Assembly (NCBI GenBank): GCA_963823335.1
Contig: CAWGLD010000007.1
Span: 192,001-256,000, forward strand
Length of the DNA stretch: 64,000 nt
Reading direction: 5' to 3'
DNA from: an uncultured delta proteobacterium
GTDB lineage: Bacteria; Desulfobacterota; Desulfobacteria; Desulfobacterales; B30-G6
How positions within the stretch are numbered: the first letter of the stretch is position 1; every line of letters starts with the position of its first letter. The position numbers were made by a program, and so were the translations under genes. Of the stretch, positions 53,406 through 64,000 are shown piece after piece. Below the pieces are notes generated by a model, which saw only the letters and a list, made by a program, of their open reading frames with translations, was not told the origin of the DNA and searched no databases.

Positions 53406-54141
53406 TGGTTAACCCTCCCTTCTCAATATATTGTGGCCAATCGGGATTCCGACCTATGGCGACCCCATACCAGAAAGCCAAACTTCACGGGACTTGTGAC
53501 CTATTGAGAGTATCGCGCCCTCCACGCTCTTGAAAAAATTGCCAGAAATCTACTAATCCAGCAAGAAAAAATATTGTGATACCATCATTTCATTGAGAGC
53601 CTGCTGATTTGTGATACCATGTTTTTCTAATGTTCGTCGAAATGTAATATTCTCTTATCAAATGGTTGGACTGGGCTGTGGTCTGAAGGATATATCTCAG
53701 ATGGAATAGATCCTATTCGTTCATTAATGTAATAAATACGTTCCGGCTTTTGCCTCGGCGGCTAAAGATATTGCGAATAATTCGAGACCGACCACACCCC
53801 AATCCTCGGCTATTAGTCTACAGCTTTTTTAGCAGAATCGACGGCCTCATCCAATTTTTGACCAGCCTTTTCTGCCGGGCCTTTTTCGCAACCAATGGTC
53901 GCGACCGCTACAAACGAACACAAGACACATAAAAAAATGACTTTTTTCAGATTTTTCATTGGCTATTTCCTTTCGATGTTTATTCCAATAAAAAATGGCT
54001 TCCATTTCCGAGTCGGTTATAGACAGCAAGAATCGCTTGACTTCCTGGTTATAAATTATGATATATTTGCGTGTTCAATAAATGAATTGAGTGGATAAAC
54101 CCATCAGAGTTTGAACATTTCAAAAACGATTTCATGTTTCC

Positions 54142-55065
54142 ATGCATATAATTGCTTTCATTGCCAGCCTTGTTGTTGCTGCTCAAATAATCGTAACCAT
54201 CATCGTCGGTTCCAGCATCTGCCCCACGAAAGGGTGTAAGATCGTCGAAGGGCTCACGATTATCTCGCCGCTGCTATTGAACTTTCTAGGCCTGTTGTTT
54301 TTTCAGGCGGTATTCTGGGCACGCAGGTTATTAAAGGGAAAAGAGTTCTGGGGGTTCAATCCACTCGGAGTCATACTGCTTTGCGGTCTTGCTTTCGATT
54401 CAACGCTTATAGCCTATCAAATTTACGTAGCGCAAACTTTTTGCGGTTATTGTCTATTTGTATTTGGGTTTGTACTGCTGTTGAACCTGTTGAACGGGCT
54501 CAAACAGGTGTTCTTGGGTTTGTCCATCATAGGAGCGATTCTCTTTTCATTTTCCATATTGAGCTTTGTGCCAGGAGGGTCTGTTTCAAAGATGTTTTCG
54601 TTAAAACAGGCAGCCTACGGCTTGAAATCATGCTCGGCGCCCACTAAGGAGATCTACCTCTTATTTTCATCCAATTGCCCTCACTGTCAATCGGTCATAA
54701 AAAGTCTGAACCAATGCAATAGCTGCGACCTTTACCTTAACCCAATCGATGACATTAAAAAGTTGGATATCGACGGGATAACGTTGAACGAAGGATTTTC
54801 ACCACGCATCAACGGTCACATTCTTACGGTGCTGGGCATAGACACGATTCCGGTTCTCATTTCAAAAGGACCTGACACCTACAGTATCATTAAGGGTGAG
54901 AAAAATATTCTGAACTACATCCGCCACACCTGCTTCACGTCCGATGATGTGATCTTCCTGGACAGGTCGATCAGCACAGATGATGAGGAGATAAGCGTAT
55001 TTAGCGAAGAGTCCGGGGAGTGTTCCGTAACTGTAGACTGTGCTGAAAGCGAATATCCCAATTAA
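54142..55065 (+). CDS. VKOR-like membrane protein with thioredoxin-like domain
   Basis: CPTKGC loop, membrane CGYC, soluble CPHC. Confidence 0.75.
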   Translation: MHIIAFIASLVVAAQIIVTIIVGSSICPTKGCKIVEGLTIISPLLLNFLGLLFFQAVFWARRLLKGKEFWGFNPLGVILLCGLAFDSTLIAYQIYVAQTFCGYCLFVFGFVLLLNLLNGLKQVFLGLSIIGAILFSFSILSFVPGGSVSKMFSLKQAAYGLKSCSAPTKEIYLLFSSNCPHCQSVIKSLNQCNSCDLYLNPIDDIKKLDIDGITLNEGFSPRINGHILTVLGIDTIPVLISKGPDTYSIIKGEKNILNYIRHTCFTSDDVIFLDRSISTDDEEISVFSEESGECSVTVDCAESEYPN

Positions 55066-55169
55066 ATTAGCTGAATTATAAAGGCAACATCTGAAATAAT
55101 CTCCGGAAAAGGCCTCTCCCACCTCCTTGTTTGTGCCCAGAAGAGCTACCATCTCCTGAAAAATCTCTT

Positions 55170-55388
55170 TACAGAGAACAACAACGGATTTTGCCCCGGG
55201 AACATTAGACGCGGCAGGACCTTTTGGCCCTTGCTCTATGTCAAAGGAAACTTGATCGCCTTCATTGAGGGATTTAAAACCATCAGCGTTTATTCCTGAA
55301 TGATGAACAAATACATCCGATCCATTTTCCTGCTCAATGAATCCGAATCCTTTGTGGTCGTTAAACCATTTAACAATTCCATATTTAT
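55170..55388 (-). pseudogene. Cold-shock protein pseudogene
   Basis: Manual translation [62 protein letters not shown]; no in-frame ATG, altered C-terminus. Confidence 0.8.
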
Positions 55389-55396
55389 GGCAGTTG

Positions 55397-56329
55397 TTAT
55401 TGTGACACCATCGATTCGGTTTTATGTATTCCGTATCGCCCTATCAGACTGGATGATTTTATTTTACCCACTTCTTTTCCGGGTATAAACACTGCTTTAA
55501 TATGAAGTGGTTCGGCCTGGTCCAAACCTGAGGGACAAAATTGCCCGGTTAAGATTCCCACACGCCAGCCGTTAAAATCAAGGTATCGAGTGGCTTTCTT
55601 GTAACCATAGACGCTGGTTTTATCTGCAGAGACTTTTACCTGTAGTTCCGCCGAGGGTGAAATGCGATCCAGAAGAAACACGAAGACTGCATACTCGACG
55701 ATTTCTTCCGTTTTTTCTGAAGATGGAGAGACAGCCTTACTGCCGGCAAATTTAAAAAGCGCCATATAGGAATCAGGAAAGAGGTTTGCACTTTTCGGTA
55801 GAAAGGTAGCCGGTACGATAAACATTACCGGTTCGGGTTTGGTTGAGTATAAAGGTTCTACCCGGGTCTCTTTTACGACGATATTGTTTTTTTCAGATCT
55901 ATATCGACTTAGAAACAGGGCCGATGCTCTGCGACCCAGAGGTCCTTCAAAATCGATCTTTCCTGCAATGGTTTTTTCTGACGGGATGCTTTTTTCTGTT
56001 TGGTAGATATAGAGCTCGGTTCCTGAAAATTTCAATTCCTTTCCGATCAAAAAAGAACCTGCGTCGATCTCTTTTTCAAACCTGACATTATTGGATCGGT
56101 ATTGATCGGCCATGATAATTTTATTATGGATGGCCACAGTGACTGCAGCTGCATCTTCCGGCATTTGGTCCAGGGAAACGGCAATTGGATCCGGGAGATT
56201 GATTTGACCCAATTGAGCCATTTTCTGTTTAAAGTTTTCTAGTTGTTCCTGCATTCCTGCACAGCCGAAGGTAAGGAACATCATAACTGCCGGTATAACA
56301 TAGCGATATTTCAATAAAGAAGAAAACAT
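55397..56329 (-). CDS. Hypothetical lipoprotein
   Basis: Lipobox TFGC; paralogous to 56467-57723. Confidence 0.75.
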   Translation of the reverse strand: MFSSLLKYRYVIPAVMMFLTFGCAGMQEQLENFKQKMAQLGQINLPDPIAVSLDQMPEDAAAVTVAIHNKIIMADQYRSNNVRFEKEIDAGSFLIGKELKFSGTELYIYQTEKSIPSEKTIAGKIDFEGPLGRRASALFLSRYRSEKNNIVVKETRVEPLYSTKPEPVMFIVPATFLPKSANLFPDSYMALFKFAGSKAVSPSSEKTEEIVEYAVFVFLLDRISPSAELQVKVSADKTSVYGYKKATRYLDFNGWRVGILTGQFCPSGLDQAEPLHIKAVFIPGKEVGKIKSSSLIGRYGIHKTESMVSQ

Positions 56330-56466
56330 GTCTGTCCTCCAAAGAAAAAGGTAACGAGACCTTTATAAATCAATACGTTTCTTTTTTTACTAAAATTGAA
56401 GAATCTCGCATCATGCGAAGCACTGCCGCAGGCAGAACCCACGGGGAATGCCCTCACTGTTGCGGT

Positions 56467-57723
56467 TCAGGGTGCCGTTAATTCGTTGGGCCACATCTTT
56501 GCCTTAAGAGTATCCCTTAAACGTTTTTGCTCGGGTGATAAGGGAGTCATCTTGAGTTCGCCGGGTTGGTAACCCTTTTGGCCAGGTCCCGACGGCGCTG
56601 CTTGAATTTGATCACGAGCAGGTTTTGCCAAGGCTTTTGGTTTTTGATCCATTTTATACTGGTCTATAGCCTGATGCGTTTTTCCCCCCATGAACCCGTC
56701 GGCAGGACCGGGGTTATAGCCCGCATCGATCAAAGCAAGCTGTGCCTTTTTTATCAGAGGATCCGAAACTGGCTTTGCTAAACGCGTGTGAAAAAGACCG
56801 GCCAGAACAGGTTTTCCCAGTTCGAGCGTATTGTTTTGTTTTCTTCCGGCCTTAAATATCGCCTTGATATAAAGCTTCTCACCGGTAAGAGAGATTCTGC
56901 ATCGGGCGATGTCGACGTACCAGCCGGAATGGTCGAGGTGCACCCTGTTAAACCCGGTTTTGGCAATTCCGTCCGGTCCCCGGAAGATTAGTTTCTCTCC
57001 CTCCAAGCCATCTGGTGTTCCACTTAGTCTGAGTTCGGTTTGATCGTCAGGGCTTAGACGGTCGAGATAAAAGGCGAAAACATAATAATCCCGAATTCCC
57101 TTGGGTATTTGACCGGGCTTTCCCGCAGGAACGGCGTTATCGAGTATAAAACCCAATGTTAATGCGTTGTTTGAAAATGAATCGAAATCATTTTTTGTTA
57201 GCTTTTCTGCCGGTACAAAAAAAAGATTCAACTCCGGTCTGACCGGATATATCGGTCTTGTTTCCGCCTTGTTGATGATGATATTTTTAGAGGTTAATTT
57301 GTATTCGGTCTCCAGGGCTACGATGGTCCTCCTATTGGCTGCGTCAAGAAAATGAAGAAGCCCTTTAAGCCGTGCAAAACCGTTGTTTTTATCCGGAGTC
57401 AGGTACTCGTCTACAATGGTTTGCAAAAGCTCAAAACCGGCATATCTGAATTGGGGTTCCAACAGCTTTTGGGTTATGCCCGGGGAAAAAACGATTTCAG
57501 GCCAGTCTCCCTTGGGCTGAGGCTGACCATGCATTTCAAGTACAATGGCGGATATAACCATGACAAGCTCGGGGGGTGCTTTGTCGGTGTCCATACTGAT
57601 AAGCTTGCCCGGGAGATTTTCCGCTCCGGTCGAAATGCATATTCCAGGAAGCATGAAGAACGGCAGGAACAAAATAACTAGATATATGGTCATTCTTTGT
57701 GATTTCATCGTGTGCAACCTCAT
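56467..57723 (-). CDS. Secreted protein with C-terminal peptidoglycan-binding domain
   Basis: AQLALIDAGYNPGPADGFMGGKTHQAI. Confidence 0.8.
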   Translation of the reverse strand: MRLHTMKSQRMTIYLVILFLPFFMLPGICISTGAENLPGKLISMDTDKAPPELVMVISAIVLEMHGQPQPKGDWPEIVFSPGITQKLLEPQFRYAGFELLQTIVDEYLTPDKNNGFARLKGLLHFLDAANRRTIVALETEYKLTSKNIIINKAETRPIYPVRPELNLFFVPAEKLTKNDFDSFSNNALTLGFILDNAVPAGKPGQIPKGIRDYYVFAFYLDRLSPDDQTELRLSGTPDGLEGEKLIFRGPDGIAKTGFNRVHLDHSGWYVDIARCRISLTGEKLYIKAIFKAGRKQNNTLELGKPVLAGLFHTRLAKPVSDPLIKKAQLALIDAGYNPGPADGFMGGKTHQAIDQYKMDQKPKALAKPARDQIQAAPSGPGQKGYQPGELKMTPLSPEQKRLRDTLKAKMWPNELTAP

Positions 57724-57737
57724 TCCAATTTAATTTA

Positions 57738-59018
57738 TCACCAAGGTTTATATCCCGGGCTATGACCGGTAATTTCTTTTGTCGTTTGGTCCGCAACAAC
57801 GTTGCCGTAATTTTTGAGGGCAACTTCCGTCACAACTTTACCCGTTTTACCGTATACCGCGCCAATTGATTTCTCATAGGGTTCTAAATGCTTTCCTATC
57901 TTAGTAACGACAAAAGCATTGGTAGCTGCCTGTCCCGTACCGGTAAGTATAGCCTCGCCCTGTGAAGCACCGCCTTCAAGTTCTGCTCCATACGCATCGG
58001 CACCAGCACGCAAAGCCTGAATGCCTGTTGTCGCCCCCCACACAGCTGTAGTGGTTTTAACTCCGCCACTAAGTAAAGCCCCGGCAGGTGTCACGGTAAG
58101 AGCCCATCCTGCAACGGTTCCGGCTGCTGCGGTAACTTCTAAGGCCGTAATTATAGCGTCTAAAGCAGGATTTAATGAGCCTCCGGTATGGATGTATTCT
58201 CTTCCCGGCCGGATTACCGTGCCTGAATCAAGAACAACACTAACCTCATGGGTACCGTCCGGATTAACAGTCGTGTGTACCCATGTATCGTTTGAGTATA
58301 TAGCCCATGTAGATATGGAACCGTCTTCGTTTTTTTCTGGGTCTAATATTTGATCGAGCGTGGCGCTCTTAGTGCCCGGCAATGTTCCCTGGGATCCAAT
58401 CAGGCCCTGGCCGGGGTTCGGCTGCCCGGTCGTTGCATCTTCCTGGGTACTGCCTTGAGGGTCTATATCGTCAACCGATGTTGCAACTTCTGTCTTTTTG
58501 TCCCCCTGGTCTTCAGATGTGGTTCCCCCGGCAGAACCATTGCTATCGCCAGCAACTTCCCCTTCTTGGGCAGTTTCTCCCGGGGAACTCCCTTCCTCGA
58601 CCTGTTCCTCAGCCTCTTCCTCCGTGCCAGAGGTGGTTTCCTCGTCAGAATCGTCACTGTTGCCCTCAACGTTTCCTTCTTCGCTGTCGTCGTTAGTCTC
58701 GCCCTCAACGTCCCCTTCCTGGGCAGTTTCTTCCAGGGAGTTAACTTCCTCAACCAGCTCCGCCACCTCTTCTTCCTTACCCGGATCGGTTTCGGAAGAC
58801 GTTGCGATTTCGGAATCGGCACCTTCCTGCGTAACAGGTGTGAACCCGGAGGGAGGTTTTGTTTCATCAGAGCTGGTGCTTCCTGTTGCGGTCATAGGAT
58901 CGCCATCGTCACTGCTTTCGTCTCTGCCGCCCCCGCCATCGCCATAAGCGTAGACGGATGTCGCCGGTATGGTCAGACCTAAAACAAGAAACAGAATTAT
59001 GCACAGACAGTTTCTCAT
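57738..59018 (-). CDS. Secreted acidic low-complexity protein
   Basis: Signal peptide; E/D/S/G-rich region with repeated ETAQEG; Ala/Gly-rich hydrophobic C-terminal segment. Confidence 0.7.
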   Translation of the reverse strand: MRNCLCIILFLVLGLTIPATSVYAYGDGGGGRDESSDDGDPMTATGSTSSDETKPPSGFTPVTQEGADSEIATSSETDPGKEEEVAELVEEVNSLEETAQEGDVEGETNDDSEEGNVEGNSDDSDEETTSGTEEEAEEQVEEGSSPGETAQEGEVAGDSNGSAGGTTSEDQGDKKTEVATSVDDIDPQGSTQEDATTGQPNPGQGLIGSQGTLPGTKSATLDQILDPEKNEDGSISTWAIYSNDTWVHTTVNPDGTHEVSVVLDSGTVIRPGREYIHTGGSLNPALDAIITALEVTAAAGTVAGWALTVTPAGALLSGGVKTTTAVWGATTGIQALRAGADAYGAELEGGASQGEAILTGTGQAATNAFVVTKIGKHLEPYEKSIGAVYGKTGKVVTEVALKNYGNVVADQTTKEITGHSPGYKPW

Positions 59019-59054
59019 GATGTCTCCTTGGCTGAAAGTTTAAAAATAAATGGT

Positions 59055-60716
59055 TCAGTCGCTTGTCAACTGTATCTCTTGAATGGCACCCGGCTCTATA
59101 TTGACGAATTCCGGGGCAATGCAAGCCAGTTTATGGCCACTGAACCTCGAAAGAAGCACCGGCGTGCTGTCATAACCTTGTTGATCGATATGTGTTAGGA
59201 ACAATTCCGTATAGGGTGTATTAATCTTTGAACTGAATACGAGCCAGCGGCTGTTCGGAGACCAGCTGTGCCAGGAATTCATGATGTCCGTATTGCATTG
59301 CATGCGTCTGGCGTTGCCGCCTTTGGCGGGTATGATGTACAGTTCACTGCCTGGCTGTATGGCCAGACCGGTCTCACACTGGGTAAAAACAATCCATTTG
59401 CCGTCAGGTGAAAAGCGCGGGAAATAGTTGCTCATGCCGTTATGACTTGCACCCGCCACGGGTTCTGGCACACCACCCCTACCATTATTGAACGGCACTC
59501 GATATAAATTATATTTGATCTGATACTTTTTGTTGAGGTCTGCAATTCGTACATCTGACCCGACATTGATGTAATTCTTTCCATCTAGTGCGTCAAGAAG
59601 TTGTTTCTCTACTTTCGCCCTTGAGAAAACGATGTATTTGCCGTCGGGGCTCCACACCGGGCAGGTCTGAACATATTGCGGGTCATCGGCCCCGGGCAAG
59701 GGAAAAAATCTTCTGTCTTCAATGGAATAAAAGGCGAGCAGTCCCTGGGCAGGAAAGAAGAATTGGGAAAATTCGAGATCCGACAGCATGGCGAAAAAGG
59801 ATTGTTCCTTGACAGTACTTATGACATGTTTTCCATCCGGTGAGATTTTTGAGAAAAAGCCTTGGCTTTTCCTCTTTACAGGATTTTGAAAATCGTTCCA
59901 TGTGATCAAATCCTTCCGGGTTAACAGCATGTGTTCTCTTGTCGGGGCCAACGCATAGCCACCCTTGTCATTCATGTAGTCTACATCCATGCCAAATATC
60001 CGGCCGTTTTTCGAAAAATGATGGCAGTTCCCGCAAAACATGAGATTCTTCATTATGACACGCGGGGTCTCGTATGATGCAACAGTGCCGAAACGCCATA
60101 CCGATCGTTCAGGATACTGCTTGGCCCGTGCAAAAGGAAGAGGCATCTGCAGGTAAAATATGGGAGCCCCGACCGCGTCCTGTGAGGTTGATATGGTGAT
60201 CGCTGCCCTGGTGACCGTCTTGTAAGATCTTCTTGTATTGACACCTGCTATTGTTACGGTGGCCTTACGACCGACTGAATTGGCCTTCACTATTTCCCAG
60301 ATATCTCTCCCGGGAGTCCATGTTGTGGCATCCGTTACGATGTGGATTCCGTTTCCGTTGTTTTCGAATCTAATTGTGATGAGCCATAAATCCGAGTGGA
60401 GGTACTGATCGCTCCAGGTAAACGTCGGCGAAGCAATATCCCGGGGGAAGAGGGCTTCATTGTAGGGATTCAGAATGTCAAATTCCGGATAATATGTATT
60501 GGGGTCAAATCCGGCATTTATAGACCGTATGATCTCGGTCGCATTGTCGATTGAATGTGTCAGTTTGTGAGACCCGCTCACAAGATAGATGTCGTGGCGC
60601 AGCAAGGCTTTTTGCGGAATGATTTTGAAAGTGCAGGCACAAAAAAAAACCAAACTGCACAACACTATAGCCAAAGGAGTCCTGCGTATTTCTTGAAACC
60701 GCCTCATGTCATTCAC
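59055..60716 (-). CDS. TolB-like PD40-repeat lipoprotein
   Basis: ISPDGK, WSPDGK, FSPDGK, WSPNSR repeats; CGNCH motif. Confidence 0.85.
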   Translation of the reverse strand: MNDMRRFQEIRRTPLAIVLCSLVFFCACTFKIIPQKALLRHDIYLVSGSHKLTHSIDNATEIIRSINAGFDPNTYYPEFDILNPYNEALFPRDIASPTFTWSDQYLHSDLWLITIRFENNGNGIHIVTDATTWTPGRDIWEIVKANSVGRKATVTIAGVNTRRSYKTVTRAAITISTSQDAVGAPIFYLQMPLPFARAKQYPERSVWRFGTVASYETPRVIMKNLMFCGNCHHFSKNGRIFGMDVDYMNDKGGYALAPTREHMLLTRKDLITWNDFQNPVKRKSQGFFSKISPDGKHVISTVKEQSFFAMLSDLEFSQFFFPAQGLLAFYSIEDRRFFPLPGADDPQYVQTCPVWSPDGKYIVFSRAKVEKQLLDALDGKNYINVGSDVRIADLNKKYQIKYNLYRVPFNNGRGGVPEPVAGASHNGMSNYFPRFSPDGKWIVFTQCETGLAIQPGSELYIIPAKGGNARRMQCNTDIMNSWHSWSPNSRWLVFSSKINTPYTELFLTHIDQQGYDSTPVLLSRFSGHKLACIAPEFVNIEPGAIQEIQLTSD

Positions 60717-61032
60717 ATATCGTTGGTGGCCTTGATCAAGTCTGTCAAGGCTTTTCCACTTGGCAACGTGCTATACGCATGTCACATATACTCACCTGCC
60801 ATGAAAACAGGGCAGGTGACGAGATGTTGCTTTCAATTCGGGGGAGCATATAAATTGCGTCATACTATGTCAAGGATGTACTTAATAAATATCACAAGAA
60901 AAACTCATAATTATTGGTTCATAATTATGAACGCTTTCCAAGGTTGCTTTTTAAAATAACAGCATGGAAATCGTATTTAAAAAATGAACACAATGCTTGA
61001 CAATTGTCACGTGACGGTTTACATAAAATGGC

Positions 61033-61332
61033 ATGATAAAAAGAGAACTACCTCCAACACATCCTGGAGAAATGCTCAGAGAAGATTTCATGCCAGACTT
61101 CGATCTGAGTACTTCTTCAATGGCTAAAGCCTTGGGTGTCTCTCGCCAGACAATTAATGAAATTTTAAGAGAACGACGTTCTATAACACCTTCTATGTCG
61201 TTGAGGCTGTCTCGCCTTTTCGGCAATTCTCCAGAATTCTGGCTTAACGTTCAACATGCTTGGGACTTGTGGAATTCAGAACAGCGTTTCAAAAATGAGC
61301 TTGAACAAATTCAGCCTTTAAATGGCGCTTAG
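61033..61332 (+). CDS. higA: HigA-family antitoxin
   Basis: PTHPGEMLREDF, ALGVSRQTINEI, FWLNVQ. Confidence 0.9.
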   Translation: MIKRELPPTHPGEMLREDFMPDFDLSTSSMAKALGVSRQTINEILRERRSITPSMSLRLSRLFGNSPEFWLNVQHAWDLWNSEQRFKNELEQIQPLNGA

Positions 61333-61456
61333 TTGTGGAATCACCCAAAGTAGACAATCGAAGCACAGTCAAGGTTTCTCAGATTATGTCAACCAATTGA
61401 TACCAAAGGCAATCCAACCTGGTGTCGGTTCTATCCCTAAAAAAAGGAGATTAAAA

Positions 61457-62425
61457 ATGACAACAAGCGACGTATTCGAAAAAAAGCCCCTTTGGTTGCT
61501 GATAGAGGAAAGCATCCTTGCGATCGATTCAAAGGATCTCGATGGGGGAAAACTGGAGCCATCAATTCAACAGATTGCAGGTGAACTTGACAATGCCGGT
61601 TACAATGTTTCGCGTCACGGAGGAAATTTACTTAAATTGAGATGGGCGGTCGATAAAGCGAAAAAGGTCGGACATCCCCTGTTGAAGGATTTCAACACTG
61701 CAATCGCGGCCTTTACACTGGAGGACTTGGCTGACCCTTATAGAGCAACCAGTAAGCTTCTTGACGACATCGCAGATACGTGGCCGGATCTCAGAAACTC
61801 CGAGGTCAGGGCAGATGTAATTCAGATTGTCGAGAAGACCAAGCTCGACCTGCTGATCGCCAAGGCAAAAGACCTGTCAGGCGATGCAGGTATCCGATTA
61901 CTCATTAAAGAACAGGTGGCTTCCCAGGTCATCACCCGTGCCTTGGAGATTTCCGATGAGAAACTGAAACAGGTGAGGGCTGAGATAAAGAAAGAGCTTG
62001 CCGAAAGGGAAAGAGTAGCGACCCTGCTTGAGGCGGTAGCGGGTAAATCCGATGAAGAAAAGGTCAGACACCTGTTTGAGAAAAACGTCTCCGTAGAAAT
62101 GATGATTGAGATGGCCAAAATTGACCAGGTCGTAATCGATGCCGCCAAACAGGCCATGGAAGAAGAGCTAAAGGAAAAACAAAGGCTGGCAGAAGAGGAA
62201 GCCGCACGGAAAAAGGCGGAGGCAGCAGGGCCGGCCTTGGAAGATATACCTTCGGATGAGTTGATCGGTTACATTGAATCCATCCGCGAGATTATGGAAT
62301 TCAGCGAGGAAGAGAAAGAAATCAGGATTATGTGCGAGCAGAGTTCCATCCCAAAAAGTCTTGTGGATATTGCCGTTTCCGAGCCTGACAAACTGGATGA
62401 ACTTGAGAAAAATGCGGAGGGATAA
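61457..62425 (+). CDS. Hypothetical coiled-coil protein
   Basis: Long ORF; RBS AGGAG before ATG 61457. Confidence 0.75.
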   Translation: MTTSDVFEKKPLWLLIEESILAIDSKDLDGGKLEPSIQQIAGELDNAGYNVSRHGGNLLKLRWAVDKAKKVGHPLLKDFNTAIAAFTLEDLADPYRATSKLLDDIADTWPDLRNSEVRADVIQIVEKTKLDLLIAKAKDLSGDAGIRLLIKEQVASQVITRALEISDEKLKQVRAEIKKELAERERVATLLEAVAGKSDEEKVRHLFEKNVSVEMMIEMAKIDQVVIDAAKQAMEEELKEKQRLAEEEAARKKAEAAGPALEDIPSDELIGYIESIREIMEFSEEEKEIRIMCEQSSIPKSLVDIAVSEPDKLDELEKNAEG

Positions 62426-62573
62426 GGGGCCGGTGTTTATATTAAAGGCTGTAAAGAAGACCGTATGTCAGATTGTTCCCGATCAAGAACCGTCCCCCGT
62501 GCTTGATTGACTGAACCGAAAAAGCGAGCTTATTCCCCGTAGCTTGCTGCGGGGTTAGCGAGCGAATCTAGAT

Positions 62574-62745
62574 TAGAAGCTATCTCAAAAAAGTTTTTTG
62601 GCCCAATTTCTGTGTTGGTCCCTTGCTTCAACTCCTCGGAATACTTGAGTATGCACCCCAAGGGCATTTCCTGCGGGCACCTGCGGGTTGAAGTTCGGGC
62701 CCGCCTTGAACTTGAGCCAAAACCCTTTTTTTGAGATGGCTTCTA
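62574..62745 (+). mobile_element. MITE copy 3
   Basis: TAGAAGCTATCTCAAAAAA ... TTTTTTGAGATGGCTTCTA. Confidence 0.85.
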
Positions 62746-62823
62746 ACAAGACCAGAGATGTTTTCATGCCTTTCCATTACCGGCAACGACCCCGGCAACA
62801 ATTTTAAATTGAAGAAAGATCTT

Positions 62824-63813
62824 ATGAAATACGATGCGATTCTGGTCGCGGGAGAGAGTAAAGGCAGTTACACTGTCTGTAACCAGTACAAGGCTTTGCT
62901 CAAACTGAACGATCGGTATTGTATTGAATACGTGATTGAAGCTCTCCAGAAAGCATCTTCCATCGGGGATATCTATATCGTCGGGCTCAGAAAAAGACTG
63001 ATGGAGGCCCTGGCAAAAACCCGGATCGATTTAAACCAACCCAAGAAAATCCATATCCTCGAACAAAAATCCACTTTGCTGGAGAATGTCTGGCACGCGT
63101 TTCTCGAATCGCTGCCACCGTTGCATGGCCGGAAAGATTCAGCGCTTGCGGCCTTCGTCGACAAGGCCGTTTTAGTGGTACCCTGCGATTCACCATTGAT
63201 CACGGCACATGAAGTGGAGCACTTTATCGCGAATTGCGATTTGAACCGCCATGACTATATACTTGGCCTGACCCCTGAAAAATGCATGCAGTATTTTTAC
63301 CCTACTGAGCATAGACCCGGTATAAAAATGGCCTATCTGCACATGCGGGAAAAGAATTATCGAATCAACAACCTGCACATGGTCCGGCCGGCAAAGGTCG
63401 AACATCGAATTCACATCAACAAGATGTATGAATACCGCTACCAGAAACAGGTCTTCAACATGATCCTGTTGACCATTTACCTCCTTCGATTTCAGAGACT
63501 CAGGAATTTCAGCCTTCTCCTGGGTCTGCAATTCTCCCTCATGTCCGCCAAGCTTGGCCTACCAAGGATCACGGCCATATTCAAACGCTGGGTTCCTCGA
63601 AAGGATTTGGAAAAAGCCATCTCGCATATTCTGAATACACGCTTTACAAGCCAGGAAATTCAATTTCCCGGCGCAGCTCTGGATATTGACAACGATGCGA
63701 GTTATAAAGCCCTGGAAAGCGAGTTTGAGCATTGGCGATCACACCTGGCTGATCTGAAGCGAAACAGCGAGCACATTCCCCCTGGCTTGTCGGGGCGAAC
63801 AGAAAATCTTTGA
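62824..63813 (+). CDS. MobA/GlmU-like nucleotidyltransferase family protein
   Basis: DAILVAG, KALLKL, VPCDSPLI, LDIDN. Confidence 0.8.
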   Translation: MKYDAILVAGESKGSYTVCNQYKALLKLNDRYCIEYVIEALQKASSIGDIYIVGLRKRLMEALAKTRIDLNQPKKIHILEQKSTLLENVWHAFLESLPPLHGRKDSALAAFVDKAVLVVPCDSPLITAHEVEHFIANCDLNRHDYILGLTPEKCMQYFYPTEHRPGIKMAYLHMREKNYRINNLHMVRPAKVEHRIHINKMYEYRYQKQVFNMILLTIYLLRFQRLRNFSLLLGLQFSLMSAKLGLPRITAIFKRWVPRKDLEKAISHILNTRFTSQEIQFPGAALDIDNDASYKALESEFEHWRSHLADLKRNSEHIPPGLSGRTENL

Positions 63814-63874
63814 TTAGAAGCAATATCGCAAGCGCGTTTTCACTTTTGTGGAAAATGCGTGCTCCATATCCGTT

Positions 63875-64000
63875 TCAGGGTTCATCTCCCTCCAATGCTT
63901 CCATGTCCAGAAGTGCCGAATCGATGTCCCCCCGACCACCTGCCTCATACAGCTGCACAAGACTCTGGCGCATTCTGCGGCTGAAAAAATCCAACTCCCC
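63875..64000 (-). CDS. 3' end of an unknown gene (partial)
   Basis: Open frame GELDFFSRRMRQSLVQLYEAG...EGDEP* entering from the window edge. Confidence 0.4.
   Translation of the reverse strand, partial: GELDFFSRRMRQSLVQLYEAGGRGDIDSALLDMEALEGDEP

Overview
Chromosomal window, probably from a Desulfobacterales-like deltaproteobacterium (inferred from gene style only). Left flank (1-6.9 kb): housekeeping genes prfA (partial), rpmE, rho, a CCA-adding/HD enzyme, adk, rpsU, folC and tRNA-Arg(CCG). A ~43 kb island (about 6872-49885) is integrated in that tRNA. It ends in a phage-type tyrosine integrase and a displaced, decayed tRNA 3' half. The main feature inside the island is 19 co-oriented copies of a ~171-bp non-coding repeat, plus about 9 shorter related sites, separating mostly single, unrelated, plus-strand genes. 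One 1113-bp unit (leader + DUF1566-like gene + downstream repeat) occurs twice, with both ends at TCTCCATGTATC, which points to mobile cassettes recombining at that motif. The repeats are not canonical attC sites and no IntI is present, so this looks like an integron-analogous cassette system I do not recognise. The array also hosts an IS1182 inserted in the putative crossover motif, a group II intron in an ORF-less unit, a truncated IS110 and MITEs. Right flank (50-64 kb): EamA transporter, pdxH, gldA, a VKOR-like gene, a cold-shock pseudogene, a four-gene secreted-protein operon, an orphan HigA and a nucleotidyltransferase. Coordinates were read by eye and may be off by a few bases.
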